From positions 2,880,001 through 2,944,000 of the forward strand of contig OZ246001.1 of assembly GCA_965230295.1 (NCBI GenBank): a DNA stretch of 64,000 nt. The letters are read 5' to 3'. Source of the stretch: Marinicella sp. Its GTDB lineage: Bacteria > Pseudomonadota > Gammaproteobacteria > Xanthomonadales > Marinicellaceae. Numbering within the stretch: position 1 is the stretch's first letter; each line of letters opens with the position of its first letter. Both the position numbers and the translations under genes were made by a program. Below, piece after piece: positions 29,393 to 40,532 of the stretch. Under the pieces are notes generated by a model. The model searched no databases. It saw only the letters and a list, made by a program, of their open reading frames with translations, and had not been told where the DNA came from.

Positions 29393-32245
29393 ATGAAAAA
29401 ACTAATCACTCCTTTCATCTTGTTGGCTTTGACAGGCTGTCAAACCAAGCAACATACTCAAATTCAACCGTCATCTGATGCCCAATCTGCGAACCAATTG
29501 GTTCAGATTGCGCATGAAACCATGGTCTTGGATAATGGTTTGACGGTTATTTTGCATCAAGACACCTCAGATCCCATCGTGGCATTTTCGACCATTGTGC
29601 ATGTGGGGTCCAGCCGGGAAAAGAAAGGTCGAACTGGTTTTGCGCACTTCTTTGAACACATGTCTTTCAACGATTCAGAAAATGTACCCATGGGAGCCAA
29701 CAGAAAAATGATTCCAGAACTGGGTGGAACCAGAAATGGCGGAACTTGGAGTGATGGCACCATTTATTATGAAGTGGTACCCAAAGATGCCTTTGAAAAA
29801 TTGATGTGGATTGATTCTGATCGTTTTGGTTACATGATCAATACCGTGAAAGAAGCCACTTTAGAACGTGAAAAGCAAGTGGTTAAGAATGAGAAGCGCC
29901 AACGTGTAGACAACCGTGCCTATGGACACACTTCACACGTCATAAAAAAAGCGTTATACCCAGAATCACACCCTTATAATTGGACCGTGATTGGTGATTT
30001 GGAAGACCTGCAAAATGCCACTTTGGCTGATGTCAGAGAATTTTATGATAAATACTACACACCAGCCAATGCCACTTTAGTGATTGCTGGTGATATTGAC
30101 ATCGAAGCCACCAAAGCATCGGTTCAACGCTGGTTTGGAGAAATCAAAGCAGGACCAGCCGTGCCAGATATGGCTCCCATGCCAGTGACTTTAACTGAGA
30201 CAAAGAAGTTGTATCATTTGGATAACTTTGCTCAATTACCTGAAATCAGATTGACATTTCCCACTGTTGAACAATATCACCCAGATGCATACGCTTTGGA
30301 TGCGTTGGGAGAAATTTTGTCTTTCGGTAAACAAGCGCCGATGTTCACCACTTTGGTTGAAGAACAGAAGTTGTCATCAAGTGTTTCGGCATACAATGAT
30401 TCGGAAGAATTAACAGGTACTTTCACCCTGCGTGTCAGGGCCAATGCAGGGATTGACTTGGACGATGTCAACCAGGCCATCAATGCCTCATTAGAAAAAT
30501 TTGAAACAGAAGGTATCAGAGACAATGCCCTGACCAAGATCAAAGCCAGGCAAGAAACCAGTTTTTACAACGGAATTTCAAGTGTTTTGAATAAAGCCTA
30601 CCAATTGGGCCTGTATCAAGAGTTTACCGGTGACCCAGATTATTACTTGAAAGACATCGCCAACATCAAAGCAGTCACCAAGGGTGATGTGTTGCGTGTG
30701 TATAACAAATACATCAAAAATCAGCCTTACATCATGACCAGTTTTGTTCCCAAGGATCGGCCAGATTTAACTGTCGAAGGGTCAACTCAAGCAGCTGTTG
30801 TTGAAGAGCAAATAGTACAAGGCAAAGAAAAAGAATTTGTTGAAGATCCCAATGCAACCTTTGAAAAAACGGTGACCAAACATGACCGCTCAGAACCTCC
30901 ATTGAGTGAATTACCAGTCATGTCATCCCCTGAAATTTGGCAGGCTTCTACGAAACATGGGATTCCTATTTATGGCATTGAGCATTCAGAAGTTCCTTTG
31001 GTGCGGTTTTCATTGCGCATTCAAGGTGGGCAAGCACTGGATCAAGCCGACAAACAAGGAACAGCCTCCTTGCTGGCAGCCATGATGACTGAAGGCACTG
31101 CCAACAAAACGCCAGCTGAACTTGAAGACGCCATTGGTTTGTTGGGTTCAAGCATTTCAATCTCAGCATCCGCTACGGGTATCAATGTCACTGGTTCATC
31201 ATTGACAAGGAATTTCCCGGCAACCATAGATTTGGTGACTGAGATGTTAACCCAACCGAGGTTTGATGAGGCCGATTTTGATCGCATAAAGACACGTCGT
31301 TTGGCCACCATTAAATCTGGCTTGGGTAACCCAAATACCATTGCCAATCAAGTGTTTGCCAAGTTGTTATATGGTGAACAACATGTGGCGGGCCAAATCA
31401 TTGGTGGTAATGAAGCTCAAGTTAACAACATCACCTTAGACGATTTAAAAGCCTGGTATCAAAGTAACCTCAGCGCCAGCATGGCCACCTTTAATGTGGT
31501 GGGAGCAGTTGATGCCTCAAACGTCACAACCGCTTTGGTTGAGCTTGATAAAAAGTGGCCCCGGTTTGACGTCGATTTTCCATCATTTGAAGCGCCTGCA
31601 GCCAATGAAAAACAACAGGTGTATTTCATCGATTTTCCCGATGCCAAACAATCCGTTTTGATGGTAGGTAAAACATCAGTCACTTCTACAGATGAAGATT
31701 ACAACCGGATCAGAATTGTGAACAACAGGTTGGGAACTGGGTCCAGTGCACGATTGACCCAAACATTGCGTATCAACAAAGGGTATACCTATGGTGCTTT
31801 CTCTTATTTACAGCCCAGAAGGTATTATCCAGGTGCTTATGTAGCCACCACTCAAGTGCGCAGCAATGTGACTTTAGAATCTTTACAAATCTTACAGGAC
31901 TTGATTGGTAATTATGCCGATACATTTGAGCAAGCCGATCTGGACACCACCAAAAACTTATTGAGAAAAGGCAACACCAGAAGGTTTGAGACTTTGAATC
32001 AGTTATTAGGTGAAGTCACTCGTTTCAGCATGAATCAATTGTCCAATGATTACTTGGAACAAGAACAAGCCGAGTTGATGAATATGGATTTGACCGAGGC
32101 TAAAGCTTTGATCAACCAACACATCGACGAAAGTGCCATGATTTATTTGGTTGTGGGCGATGCCAAAACTCAACTGCAGAGGATTAAGGATTTGGGTTAT
32201 GGTGATCCGATTGTGCTGGATAAAGCAGGCCATGTGATTGAGTAA
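29393..32245 (+). CDS. M16 family (pitrilysin-like) zinc protease, lipoprotein
   Basis: Inverted zinc motif HFFEH, VVKNEKRQR, LRINKGYTYG; start moved to ATG 29393 (GGAGG RBS, lipobox LTGC). Confidence 0.93.
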   Translation: MKKLITPFILLALTGCQTKQHTQIQPSSDAQSANQLVQIAHETMVLDNGLTVILHQDTSDPIVAFSTIVHVGSSREKKGRTGFAHFFEHMSFNDSENVPMGANRKMIPELGGTRNGGTWSDGTIYYEVVPKDAFEKLMWIDSDRFGYMINTVKEATLEREKQVVKNEKRQRVDNRAYGHTSHVIKKALYPESHPYNWTVIGDLEDLQNATLADVREFYDKYYTPANATLVIAGDIDIEATKASVQRWFGEIKAGPAVPDMAPMPVTLTETKKLYHLDNFAQLPEIRLTFPTVEQYHPDAYALDALGEILSFGKQAPMFTTLVEEQKLSSSVSAYNDSEELTGTFTLRVRANAGIDLDDVNQAINASLEKFETEGIRDNALTKIKARQETSFYNGISSVLNKAYQLGLYQEFTGDPDYYLKDIANIKAVTKGDVLRVYNKYIKNQPYIMTSFVPKDRPDLTVEGSTQAAVVEEQIVQGKEKEFVEDPNATFEKTVTKHDRSEPPLSELPVMSSPEIWQASTKHGIPIYGIEHSEVPLVRFSLRIQGGQALDQADKQGTASLLAAMMTEGTANKTPAELEDAIGLLGSSISISASATGINVTGSSLTRNFPATIDLVTEMLTQPRFDEADFDRIKTRRLATIKSGLGNPNTIANQVFAKLLYGEQHVAGQIIGGNEAQVNNITLDDLKAWYQSNLSASMATFNVVGAVDASNVTTALVELDKKWPRFDVDFPSFEAPAANEKQQVYFIDFPDAKQSVLMVGKTSVTSTDEDYNRIRIVNNRLGTGSSARLTQTLRINKGYTYGAFSYLQPRRYYPGAYVATTQVRSNVTLESLQILQDLIGNYADTFEQADLDTTKNLLRKGNTRRFETLNQLLGEVTRFSMNQLSNDYLEQEQAELMNMDLTEAKALINQHIDESAMIYLVVGDAKTQLQRIKDLGYGDPIVLDKAGHVIE

Positions 32246-32262
32246 CTTGATTGATTACGATG

Positions 32263-32288
32263 AAAAGGCCGGCATTTCTGGCTTTTTT
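32263..32288 (+). terminator. Rho-independent terminator
   Basis: AAAAGGCCGG-CATTT-CTGGCTTTTTT (stem includes G-U pairs). Confidence 0.7.
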
Positions 32289-32387
32289 ACGCTCAAAATT
32301 TGAGGTCAAATAATTCATGACCTACAGCCCATGTGGATGAAATACCTGCCCTCTATAATGTTTAGACTTTATTTTTGGTAATCAGAC

Positions 32388-34145
32388 ATGCACAAAAAAT
32401 TCAAATTCGTCACCCTGCTGGTGATCATCACATTCAATGTCCAGGTTTGGGCAGAAGAACAAGACTGGGTCAAGCGATCCAATGACATTGCTTATAAAAT
32501 TTTAGAATCAGGAGCCAAATTTGCCCCTGAGTTTTCTGGTCAAACCGGTGTTGATGGCTATGATGAAGAGATATTCGACCTCAGGGATGATTTGGTTAAG
32601 CGCCAGTTACAGAATGCTGAAAGTAACTTAAAAATGCTCAATGAATTATTGGCCAAAGAGCAAGACGCCAGGGTTAAGCAAGACATCGAAATCATGATCC
32701 AATCGGTGAATGACAACATCGAAGCCACCAAAATCAATGATGCCAAAGTATTACCCTATGGCAATGTGATTGGTTTGGTTTTCGCCGGTTTCAATGGGTT
32801 GCTAGACAAACAAGTGCCTTTTGAAAGGCAGCAAGCTGCGTTGGTGCGATTGAAAAAATACACCGGAGCAGCCAAGGGTTATGAACCTTTGGTGGAGTTG
32901 GCCAAAAAACGTTTAACAGAACGCATGGGTGAAAAGGATTTGATCAAACCTTATAAGGGTGAAGTTGAACAAGACATTCAACGGTCATCGATATTTATTG
33001 ATGGCTTAACTCAAGTGTTTGCCGCCACTGATTTAACAGGCTATGAAGATGACTTAAAAACCTTGCAAGGACAGTTGTCTGATTACAATGAATGGGTCAA
33101 AGCCAATATCTTGCCCAACACCCGAGAAAGCGCGGTATTACCTCGAGAACTGTATGAATTACAACTGAAAAACTATGGTGTTGATGCTTCTCCTGAAGAG
33201 TTGATGAAAATTGGCCAAACTGCATTCATGAATATACGCTTTGAAATGATGGCTTTGGCACCTTTGGTGGCTGAAAAGTTTGGTTATGAAACCAATGATT
33301 ATCGTGAAGTTATGGAGTTGCTCAAAGAAGACCAGGTGCATGGTGAAGCTTTGATGGAAGAATATGCCGCGGTGATGAAAGAGCTGGATAAAATCATCAA
33401 CAAGCATCAGCTGATTTCTTTACCCAATGAACCTGCGCGTGCCAGGATGGCAACGGCTGCTGAAACCGCCCAACAACCAGCAGCTCATTTAGATGTCCCG
33501 CGATTGGTTGGTAATACGGGTGAATTTCCGGAGTTCATTGTGCCCCGCATTGAGCAGAATGAAGATGGTTCCTGGCCTAAGAATGATTATGCCTTCAAAG
33601 CCATGATGTGGACTTTGTCTGCCCATGAAGCCAGACCAGGTCATGAACTACAGTTCACCACCATGCTCAGAGGCGGCGTGACCACGGCCAGGGCATTGTT
33701 TGCTTTTAACTCAGCCAACGTTGAAGGCTGGGCCCTGTATGCTGAAGCCATCAGTAAAGAGTACATGCCTTTGGAAGGTCAGTTGTATTCTCTCCAGGCA
33801 CGTTTGTTGCGGGCGGCCAGAATCTGGCTGGATCCCATGTTGAATTTGGGTTTGATCACACCTGCTGAGGCCAAACGTGTGTTGATGGAAGATGTGGGTG
33901 AGGATGATTTGAATGCCCAAACTGAGATTGACCGGTACACATTCAGATCACCTGCCCAAGCAACAGCCTATTATTATGGTTATGAAAAACTGTTGGTGTT
34001 GAGGGCAGAAACTGAATTGAAGTTAAAGGACAAATTCAATCAGAAAGCTTTTCATGACTTTATTTTGAAGCAAGGTTTGTTACCACCTGACTTGTTGAGA
34101 AAAGCCGTCATTGAGCATTTCATAACACCACAAATGATTGAATAA
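32388..34145 (+). CDS. DUF885 family exported protein (putative metallopeptidase-like fold)
   Basis: AHEARPGHELQ, EGWALYAE, EIDRY...PAQATAYYYG, FHDFILKQG. Confidence 0.88.
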   Translation: MHKKFKFVTLLVIITFNVQVWAEEQDWVKRSNDIAYKILESGAKFAPEFSGQTGVDGYDEEIFDLRDDLVKRQLQNAESNLKMLNELLAKEQDARVKQDIEIMIQSVNDNIEATKINDAKVLPYGNVIGLVFAGFNGLLDKQVPFERQQAALVRLKKYTGAAKGYEPLVELAKKRLTERMGEKDLIKPYKGEVEQDIQRSSIFIDGLTQVFAATDLTGYEDDLKTLQGQLSDYNEWVKANILPNTRESAVLPRELYELQLKNYGVDASPEELMKIGQTAFMNIRFEMMALAPLVAEKFGYETNDYREVMELLKEDQVHGEALMEEYAAVMKELDKIINKHQLISLPNEPARARMATAAETAQQPAAHLDVPRLVGNTGEFPEFIVPRIEQNEDGSWPKNDYAFKAMMWTLSAHEARPGHELQFTTMLRGGVTTARALFAFNSANVEGWALYAEAISKEYMPLEGQLYSLQARLLRAARIWLDPMLNLGLITPAEAKRVLMEDVGEDDLNAQTEIDRYTFRSPAQATAYYYGYEKLLVLRAETELKLKDKFNQKAFHDFILKQGLLPPDLLRKAVIEHFITPQMIE

Positions 34146-34170
34146 ATCAGTTTAGGTTTTCTATAATGAT

Positions 34171-34197
34171 AAAGGCCCATAGAAATGGGCCTTTTTT
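34171..34197 (+). terminator. Rho-independent terminator
   Basis: AAAGGCCCAT-AGAA-ATGGGCCTTTTTT. Confidence 0.88.
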
Positions 34198-34339
34198 GTA
34201 ACTGCCGATCGAAATGATCGCCAAAATAAATTAAATTTGGCATCTTTGTATTGATATTTACAATTATCAATATAATTATAACTTTGAAACCATGTTCTGT
34301 TTTAGAATTATTGAGTTAAGTTAATCAATAGGGGTTTCA

Positions 34340-37300
34340 ATGAAAATCAAAGTTCTCATATTAACCAGTCTGATTGTGTTTGGTGTCTATGAACTGGCAC
34401 CCATGATCAAACCCAGCAAACAAACCACTGAGTCTGCCACATTGGTGGCCAAGCCTGAATGGCAAGAGCTGGAACCGGATGAAGTAATCAACCCTTTGGT
34501 TCCAGTTGTGAGCCCTGATACAAAAGGAATCGTTGTAGATGGCATCACTTTACAACCACAAGTCAGGTACAATAATTTAAACCCAGAATTGGCTGGTCAG
34601 CTGAGTTCAGAATTTACACCAACTCCGAAAAAAAGAACTGGTGGTTATCGCTACCAGAAAGCCAACCCTGACGAAATCACACAAAATCATGCCAAGCTGG
34701 ATGAAGGGCTGCCAGTAACCCGCAGTCTTGTGTCATCCATTGATGCCGGTGGACAAGCAACAAATGGTGTCAACACTGGCTTCCTTTTTATCCCTGCAGA
34801 CCCTCATGGTGCTGCTGGTCCCAATCATGTGGTCAACGTCTTCAACACATCCATTGAGTTTTATCAAACCGATGGCACTGCCAATGGCAGTCAGTCATTG
34901 CAAAGTTTTTTCGCCCCTTTATCACCGGTAAACTTTACCTTCGATCCCAAGGTTCTGTATGACCAATATGAGCAGCGTTTTGTGGTTGTGACTCTGGAAA
35001 GACAAGACACTGCTGCCGGTGATCCCACCAATTCATCTCGTGTCTTGGTGGCTGTATCTGATGATGCAAACCCTAATGGCACTTGGTTCATGCATGCCAT
35101 CAACACCAACGTGAATATTGGCGGCACCCCCAGCTGGTTCGATTACCCGGGATTGGCCATCGATGAGGAGGTCATTTACTTAACCGGAAACCAATTCACT
35201 TACGGGGTTTCCAACTCTTTTCAAGGGGTTCGCTTGTGGGCCATACAAAAAACCGGTTTTTACAGCGGTGGGGCAGCTACAGTGGTTGGGTCTCTGGACC
35301 CTTTTGCTGGCGTTTCTCCCAATTTGCCGAATACCACCCAGCCTGCACATACCTATGGCAACGCGCCTGCTGGTTTGGGAACTTACCTGGTTTCTTATTC
35401 ACGCATCAACAACGGAACCAGTGAATTTTGGCAATTGATTCGCTTGGATAACCCTTTGGGTGTGCCGTCCTTCACCCATCAGTTCATCAATGTGGGCGAC
35501 ATCGAACCCAATGCCATTAATGGACCGCCATTTCCACTGGCTCCACAGTCAGGCACTGCATTAACCCTCGCGACCAATGACCCACGAGCCCTGGATGCGG
35601 TGTGGCGCGATGGCCAAATATTTGCAACAGCCACCATTGAAAGCCAAAGTGAATTGGGTGAAACTTCAGCATCCTGGTGGGTTTTTGATGGTGTTGGGGG
35701 CGCAGCAGCATTCAACGACACCGGCATCATAGATGGTGAAGACATTGCTGCGGGAACTTTCACCTTCTTTCCTTCCATTGCAGTCAATGCCGATGGCGGG
35801 GTCGGTGTGGGTTTTTCAGCCTCAGCGCCGAGCATCTTTCCCAGTTCATATTTCGCGGTCAGGTCTCCAGGGGATGCGGCAGGTACAATGAGGCCATCAC
35901 AGTTGATTCGTTCGGGCACTGATTTCTATCACCGTACTTTTGGTGGTCCAAGCAATCGATGGGGTGACTATACTTCGGTTGCCGTTGATCCGAATGACGA
36001 ATGTTTCTGGGTATACAACAAACATGCAGTGAACAGAAGCAGCGGTGCTGCCAGTGAAAATGGTATGTATGGAACTGCTTTTGGTGAGTTTTGTAACCAA
36101 GATCCGACTGCAGGGAATGACAGCATCAATGTTGATGAAGGTGCCACCTCAACGGCATTGGTGGGTGGATTCACAACTGTGTTGAACAACGATTCGGATC
36201 CCGATGCAGCAGACAGTATTGGTGCTATTTTAGTATCAGGCCCAGCCGATGCCAGTAGTTTCAACTTGAATGTCAATGGTACATTCAGTTATACCCACAA
36301 TGGCGACGAAGCACCTACTGATTCATTCACTTACAATGCTTGTGACGATGGTACCCCGGTTAAGTGTGATCTGGCTACAGTCAACATCAGTGTCAACCCA
36401 ATTGATGATGATCCCACCGCTGTGGACGACACTGCCACAGTGGATGAAAACACCAGCAACAACACCATCAATGTGTTGACCAACGACACCGATGTAGATG
36501 GTGGACCCTTACAAGTGACCGGAGTGACCCAGCCAACCAATGGCACAACTTCATTCACTGCCAGTAACGTCAGTTACACCCCTGATACAGACTACTGTAA
36601 CGATGGCGTGACCACTGATGATTTTGATTACACCATCAATGGTGGTTCCTCTGCCACAGTAGAAGTGACGGTTACTTGTCAGGCCAATCAAGATCCGGTG
36701 GCCAATAACGATGCAGTCAATACCGATGAGGACGTGTTGGTATCGGTCAATGTGTTGGCCAACGACAACGATCCGGATGCGGGCGATACCTTGAGTGTGA
36801 CGTCTTGTTCAGCCCCCAGTAACGGTACGGTGGTGCAAAACGGTAACAACTGTGATTTCACGCCCAGCCTGAACTTCAATGGTGCAGGTGGTTTCAGCTA
36901 TGCCATCAGTGACGGCAATGGGGGCACCGATACGGCCACAGTGACCGTGACGGTGGATCCGGTTAATGATGACCCTGTAGCAGTTAATGACAATGCCAAT
37001 ACCAATGAGGACACCTTGGTTTCAGTGGCAGTGTTGACTGGCGACTCAGATGTGGACACCGGTGACACCCTGAGTGTGACCTCATGTTCGGCCCCGAGCA
37101 ACGGAACGGTGGTGTTGAACGGCAACAACTGTGACTTCACCCCAAGCTTGAACTTCAACGGTTCGGGTGGTTTCAGTTATGCGATCAGTGATGGCAATGG
37201 CGGTACCGACACCGCAACAGTCACGGTCACGGTCGATGCGGTGAATGATGATCCGGTGGCTGTTAATGACAACGCCACCACTGACGAAGACACCTTGGTT

Positions 37301-38458
37301 TCGGTGGCCGTGTTGTCTGGTGATTCCGATGTGGATACGGGAGATACCTTGAGTGTCACGTCATGTTCCGCACCGAGCAATGGTACGGTGGTGCAAAACG
37401 GCAACAACTGTGATTTCACGCCCGGCCTGAATTTCAATGGCAGCGGAGGCTTCACTTATGCCATCAGCGACGGCAATGGTGGCAGCGACAGTGCCACGGT
37501 TTCAGTGACTGTGAACGCTGTGAATGACGATCCTGTGGCAGTCAACGACAATGCCAATACCAATGAAGACACCTTGGTATCGGTGGCTGTGCTGGCTGGT
37601 GACAGCGACCCGGATTCAGGCGATACCTTGAGTGTGACTTCATGTTCTGGTTCCAGCAACGGTACAGTGGTGCTCAATGGTAATAATTGTGACTACACAC
37701 CCAGCCTGAACTTCAACGGCACCGGTGGTTTCAGTTATGCCATCAGTGACGGCAATGGTGGCACCGACAGTGCCACGGTGACAGTATCGGTGGCAGCGGT
37801 TAACGATGATCCACTGGCGGTTAATGACAATGCCAATGCCAATGAAGATGGCGCTGTCTCAGTGGCGGTTTTGACTGGTGACAGTGATCCGGATAGTGGT
37901 GATACTTTGAGTGTAACTGCTTGTTCAGGCGCCAGTGATGGTTCAGTGGTACTCAACGGTAATAATTGTGATTTTACGCCGAGTTCGGATTTCAATGGCC
38001 AGGCCACATTTGATTACAGCATCAGCGATGGTAATGGTGGTTCAGACACCGCTTCGGTGACTGTTGATGTGGCTGCTGTAAATGATGAACCGAGCATGTC
38101 GGTGAATGATCAGGTATATGTCAGCTTGGCAGACATTGGCAGCCCGCCAGCACAAAACCTGGCTTGTCAATTTGACTTCGGTCCTGCCGACGAAGATGCC
38201 AGTCAGGCTGTTGCTGACATGATTGTCAGCATCACCAATGACCCTGACGGTATTTTGAGTTCAATCGATGTGGATAACAGCGGTGCTCTCAATTATACAT
38301 TTACCGGCAGTGCAGGGGTGGCAGAAGTGACTGTCTCGCTGCAAGATGATGGTGGCACCAGCAATGGTGGTGATGACACATCGGTGGCCTATACGTTCTT
38401 GGTCAATGTGCAGGATTACGTGTTCAGAAGTGACTTTGAAGCGCAAGTCTGTCCATAA
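34340..38458 (+). CDS. Large exported protein with an uncharacterised N-terminal domain and tandem cadherin-like (Big_9/tandem-95) repeats
   Basis: N-terminal hydrophobic leader; PADPHGAAGPNH...FDPKVLYD...RWGDY domain; NDxPxAxND...FSYAISDGNGGTD repeats; ends ...DYVFRSDFEAQVCP. Confidence 0.88.
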   Translation: MKIKVLILTSLIVFGVYELAPMIKPSKQTTESATLVAKPEWQELEPDEVINPLVPVVSPDTKGIVVDGITLQPQVRYNNLNPELAGQLSSEFTPTPKKRTGGYRYQKANPDEITQNHAKLDEGLPVTRSLVSSIDAGGQATNGVNTGFLFIPADPHGAAGPNHVVNVFNTSIEFYQTDGTANGSQSLQSFFAPLSPVNFTFDPKVLYDQYEQRFVVVTLERQDTAAGDPTNSSRVLVAVSDDANPNGTWFMHAINTNVNIGGTPSWFDYPGLAIDEEVIYLTGNQFTYGVSNSFQGVRLWAIQKTGFYSGGAATVVGSLDPFAGVSPNLPNTTQPAHTYGNAPAGLGTYLVSYSRINNGTSEFWQLIRLDNPLGVPSFTHQFINVGDIEPNAINGPPFPLAPQSGTALTLATNDPRALDAVWRDGQIFATATIESQSELGETSASWWVFDGVGGAAAFNDTGIIDGEDIAAGTFTFFPSIAVNADGGVGVGFSASAPSIFPSSYFAVRSPGDAAGTMRPSQLIRSGTDFYHRTFGGPSNRWGDYTSVAVDPNDECFWVYNKHAVNRSSGAASENGMYGTAFGEFCNQDPTAGNDSINVDEGATSTALVGGFTTVLNNDSDPDAADSIGAILVSGPADASSFNLNVNGTFSYTHNGDEAPTDSFTYNACDDGTPVKCDLATVNISVNPIDDDPTAVDDTATVDENTSNNTINVLTNDTDVDGGPLQVTGVTQPTNGTTSFTASNVSYTPDTDYCNDGVTTDDFDYTINGGSSATVEVTVTCQANQDPVANNDAVNTDEDVLVSVNVLANDNDPDAGDTLSVTSCSAPSNGTVVQNGNNCDFTPSLNFNGAGGFSYAISDGNGGTDTATVTVTVDPVNDDPVAVNDNANTNEDTLVSVAVLTGDSDVDTGDTLSVTSCSAPSNGTVVLNGNNCDFTPSLNFNGSGGFSYAISDGNGGTDTATVTVTVDAVNDDPVAVNDNATTDEDTLVSVAVLSGDSDVDTGDTLSVTSCSAPSNGTVVQNGNNCDFTPGLNFNGSGGFTYAISDGNGGSDSATVSVTVNAVNDDPVAVNDNANTNEDTLVSVAVLAGDSDPDSGDTLSVTSCSGSSNGTVVLNGNNCDYTPSLNFNGTGGFSYAISDGNGGTDSATVTVSVAAVNDDPLAVNDNANANEDGAVSVAVLTGDSDPDSGDTLSVTACSGASDGSVVLNGNNCDFTPSSDFNGQATFDYSISDGNGGSDTASVTVDVAAVNDEPSMSVNDQVYVSLADIGSPPAQNLACQFDFGPADEDASQAVADMIVSITNDPDGILSSIDVDNSGALNYTFTGSAGVAEVTVSLQDDGGTSNGGDDTSVAYTFLVNVQDYVFRSDFEAQVCP
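36686..38080 (+). repeat. Five intragenic 279-bp (93-aa) repeats
   Basis: NQDP/NDDP unit starts every 279 bp; two Cys per unit; many synonymous differences. Confidence 0.92.
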
Positions 38459-38475
38459 CCAGTATCAACAGAACC

Positions 38476-38504
38476 AAAAAAACCGGGCCATGCCCGGTTT
38501 TTTT
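38476..38504. terminator. Bidirectional rho-independent terminator
   Basis: AAAAAAACCGGGC-CAT-GCCCGGTTTTTTT between convergent genes. Confidence 0.9.
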
Positions 38505-38524
38505 GTGCTTGATTGATGACTGGA

Positions 38525-39730
38525 TCAGCGAGCGGCAAATGTTTGCAACTTGTATTTGCTCAAGGAATCAGCAAATTCTTGCAGCAGTTTATTGCCACTT
38601 TGTTCAGCTTTGATACACCATGCTTTGAAATCAGCAATCATTTCTTCCACTGACTTGGTGTTGTTGTCCCATATGGCTTGTAACTCTGATTTGTACTGTA
38701 ATAAGTTTTTCAAGGACTTGCTGTCTTCGAAATAACTGCTCCATTTGGTTTTGATGTCGGCTTTTAAAAACTGTGGGTCCAAGGACAAATGGTGGGTGTA
38801 TTTTTTGATTCGCTTGTTAAATTTGTTTGATGCATTTTGGTATTCTTCGGCCAGTGAGGGTTTAATCACATCTTTGATGTAAACCTGTAGCACATTGAAT
38901 TTATGAGTCAAAATGGCTTTGACTGTTTCCCCGTCCAATTCCTGATTTTCGTTGTCAACATACAAATCAGGCACGACTTTCTTAATTTTACACAAGCCTA
39001 GTTTGTTCAGTACCCTGATGACATACCAACCCAAATCATGTTCGCCTTTTTTGTGAGCAAATTTACTTGAGGAAGGAAAGGCGTGGTGATTGTTGTGTAA
39101 TTCTTCTCCAAAAATAAAGAAGGCAAAGCGATAAATGTTACGGGATGAGTCATCGGTGCGGTAATTTCGATAACCGACAAAATGACCAACTCCATTGATG
39201 ACGCCTGCAGCGAAAAAAGGAATCCACAGCATTTGAATGGCATAAATCAACAAGCCAATCACACCAAATAGGGCAATGTTCATGAATGCCAATAACACGA
39301 TTCCGAGGTAATGAAATCGTGTGTAGATATTTCTTTCAACCCAGTCTTCAGGGGTTCCCTGACCGTACTTTTCCATGGTCTGTGGATTTTTTCTTTCCTT
39401 CGTGTATAAATTCACGCCATGGAACAACACTTTCTTGATGCCATGGATTTGCGGGCTGTGTGGATCGTCTTCTGTTTCACAAAAAGCGTGGTGCTTGCGA
39501 TGTATGGCTACCCATTCTTTGGTTAACATACCGGTGGTGAACCACAACCAAAAACGATAAAAATGTTGAAGGACCGGATTCATTTGAATCCCACGATGAG
39601 TTTGCTCACGGTGCAGGTAGAGGCTGACACCTGATAAGGTGACTTGCACCACAATAAAAGTATAGAGAACCATCTGCCAGGCAGAAAAGTTGAGTAAACC
39701 AGTTTCAAGAAAATCTAAAAATTGATACAT
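38525..39730 (-). CDS. desA: Delta-9 fatty acid desaturase, Pseudomonas DesA type
   Basis: Three His boxes HREQTH, HRKHH and HNNHH; long helical C-terminal extension. Confidence 0.9.
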   Translation of the reverse strand: MYQFLDFLETGLLNFSAWQMVLYTFIVVQVTLSGVSLYLHREQTHRGIQMNPVLQHFYRFWLWFTTGMLTKEWVAIHRKHHAFCETEDDPHSPQIHGIKKVLFHGVNLYTKERKNPQTMEKYGQGTPEDWVERNIYTRFHYLGIVLLAFMNIALFGVIGLLIYAIQMLWIPFFAAGVINGVGHFVGYRNYRTDDSSRNIYRFAFFIFGEELHNNHHAFPSSSKFAHKKGEHDLGWYVIRVLNKLGLCKIKKVVPDLYVDNENQELDGETVKAILTHKFNVLQVYIKDVIKPSLAEEYQNASNKFNKRIKKYTHHLSLDPQFLKADIKTKWSSYFEDSKSLKNLLQYKSELQAIWDNNTKSVEEMIADFKAWCIKAEQSGNKLLQEFADSLSKYKLQTFAAR

Positions 39731-39812
39731 AAATAGTGGTTTGTTTTATAAGGAATGCTCACTATAATGAATTAAATTTGCAATAGCCAGAGAAAAACAC
39801 GTACCTTTTCGT

Positions 39813-40532
39813 ATGGAAATAAACCCACAAACTGCTAACCAATTGAAGTTAAACAAACTTTGTTTAACCCGCTCAAACCAAAAAATCCTGCATGGTGTTG
39901 ATGTCGAGTTGCCCACACCTGGGGTGACCGTTTTGCTTGGAGCCAATGGCGCAGGGAAGTCCACATTGCTTAATATCTTGGCTGGCGTCACTCAAGCAGA
40001 TTCGGGCCAGATTGACGCGCCATCACAAAACAAGGCATGTTTAATGCCTGAACCAGCGGTTTTTTATCCACATTTGACGGTTGAAGAACAATTGAAATAT
40101 GTAGCAGAATTGTTTGGTGTTGATGGAGGTGTTGCCTCAGTCATAGATTTGTGGCAATTGAATTCGGAAGCCAAAAAACTAACCAGGCATTTATCCTTGG
40201 GTTATCGACAGCGCTTGTCATTGGCTCAATTAATGGTATCCCAGGCAGACCTCTTGTTGTTAGATGAACCCATGAATGGTATGGATCCTGAAGTCATGGC
40301 AGTCTTTAAACAACAAATGGATATCTGGCGCCAATCCAAAACCATCATCATGGCGACCCACATCATGCACGAAGCACAAAATATGGCGGACTGGGTGGTT
40401 ATTATGCACCAAGGTCAAGTCATCCAATCCTCTGCTTATCAACATGAAATGAGTTTCAATGAGTTGTATCAAAATGCCATCAACCAACACCACAGATTGT
40501 TGATACAGGATCAAGAGGTGGCGAGTCAATGA
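39813..40532 (+). CDS. ABC transporter ATPase (GldA-like)
   Basis: GANGAGKS, signature variant LSLGYRQR, LLLDEP, ATH. Confidence 0.88.
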   Translation: MEINPQTANQLKLNKLCLTRSNQKILHGVDVELPTPGVTVLLGANGAGKSTLLNILAGVTQADSGQIDAPSQNKACLMPEPAVFYPHLTVEEQLKYVAELFGVDGGVASVIDLWQLNSEAKKLTRHLSLGYRQRLSLAQLMVSQADLLLLDEPMNGMDPEVMAVFKQQMDIWRQSKTIIMATHIMHEAQNMADWVVIMHQGQVIQSSAYQHEMSFNELYQNAINQHHRLLIQDQEVASQ

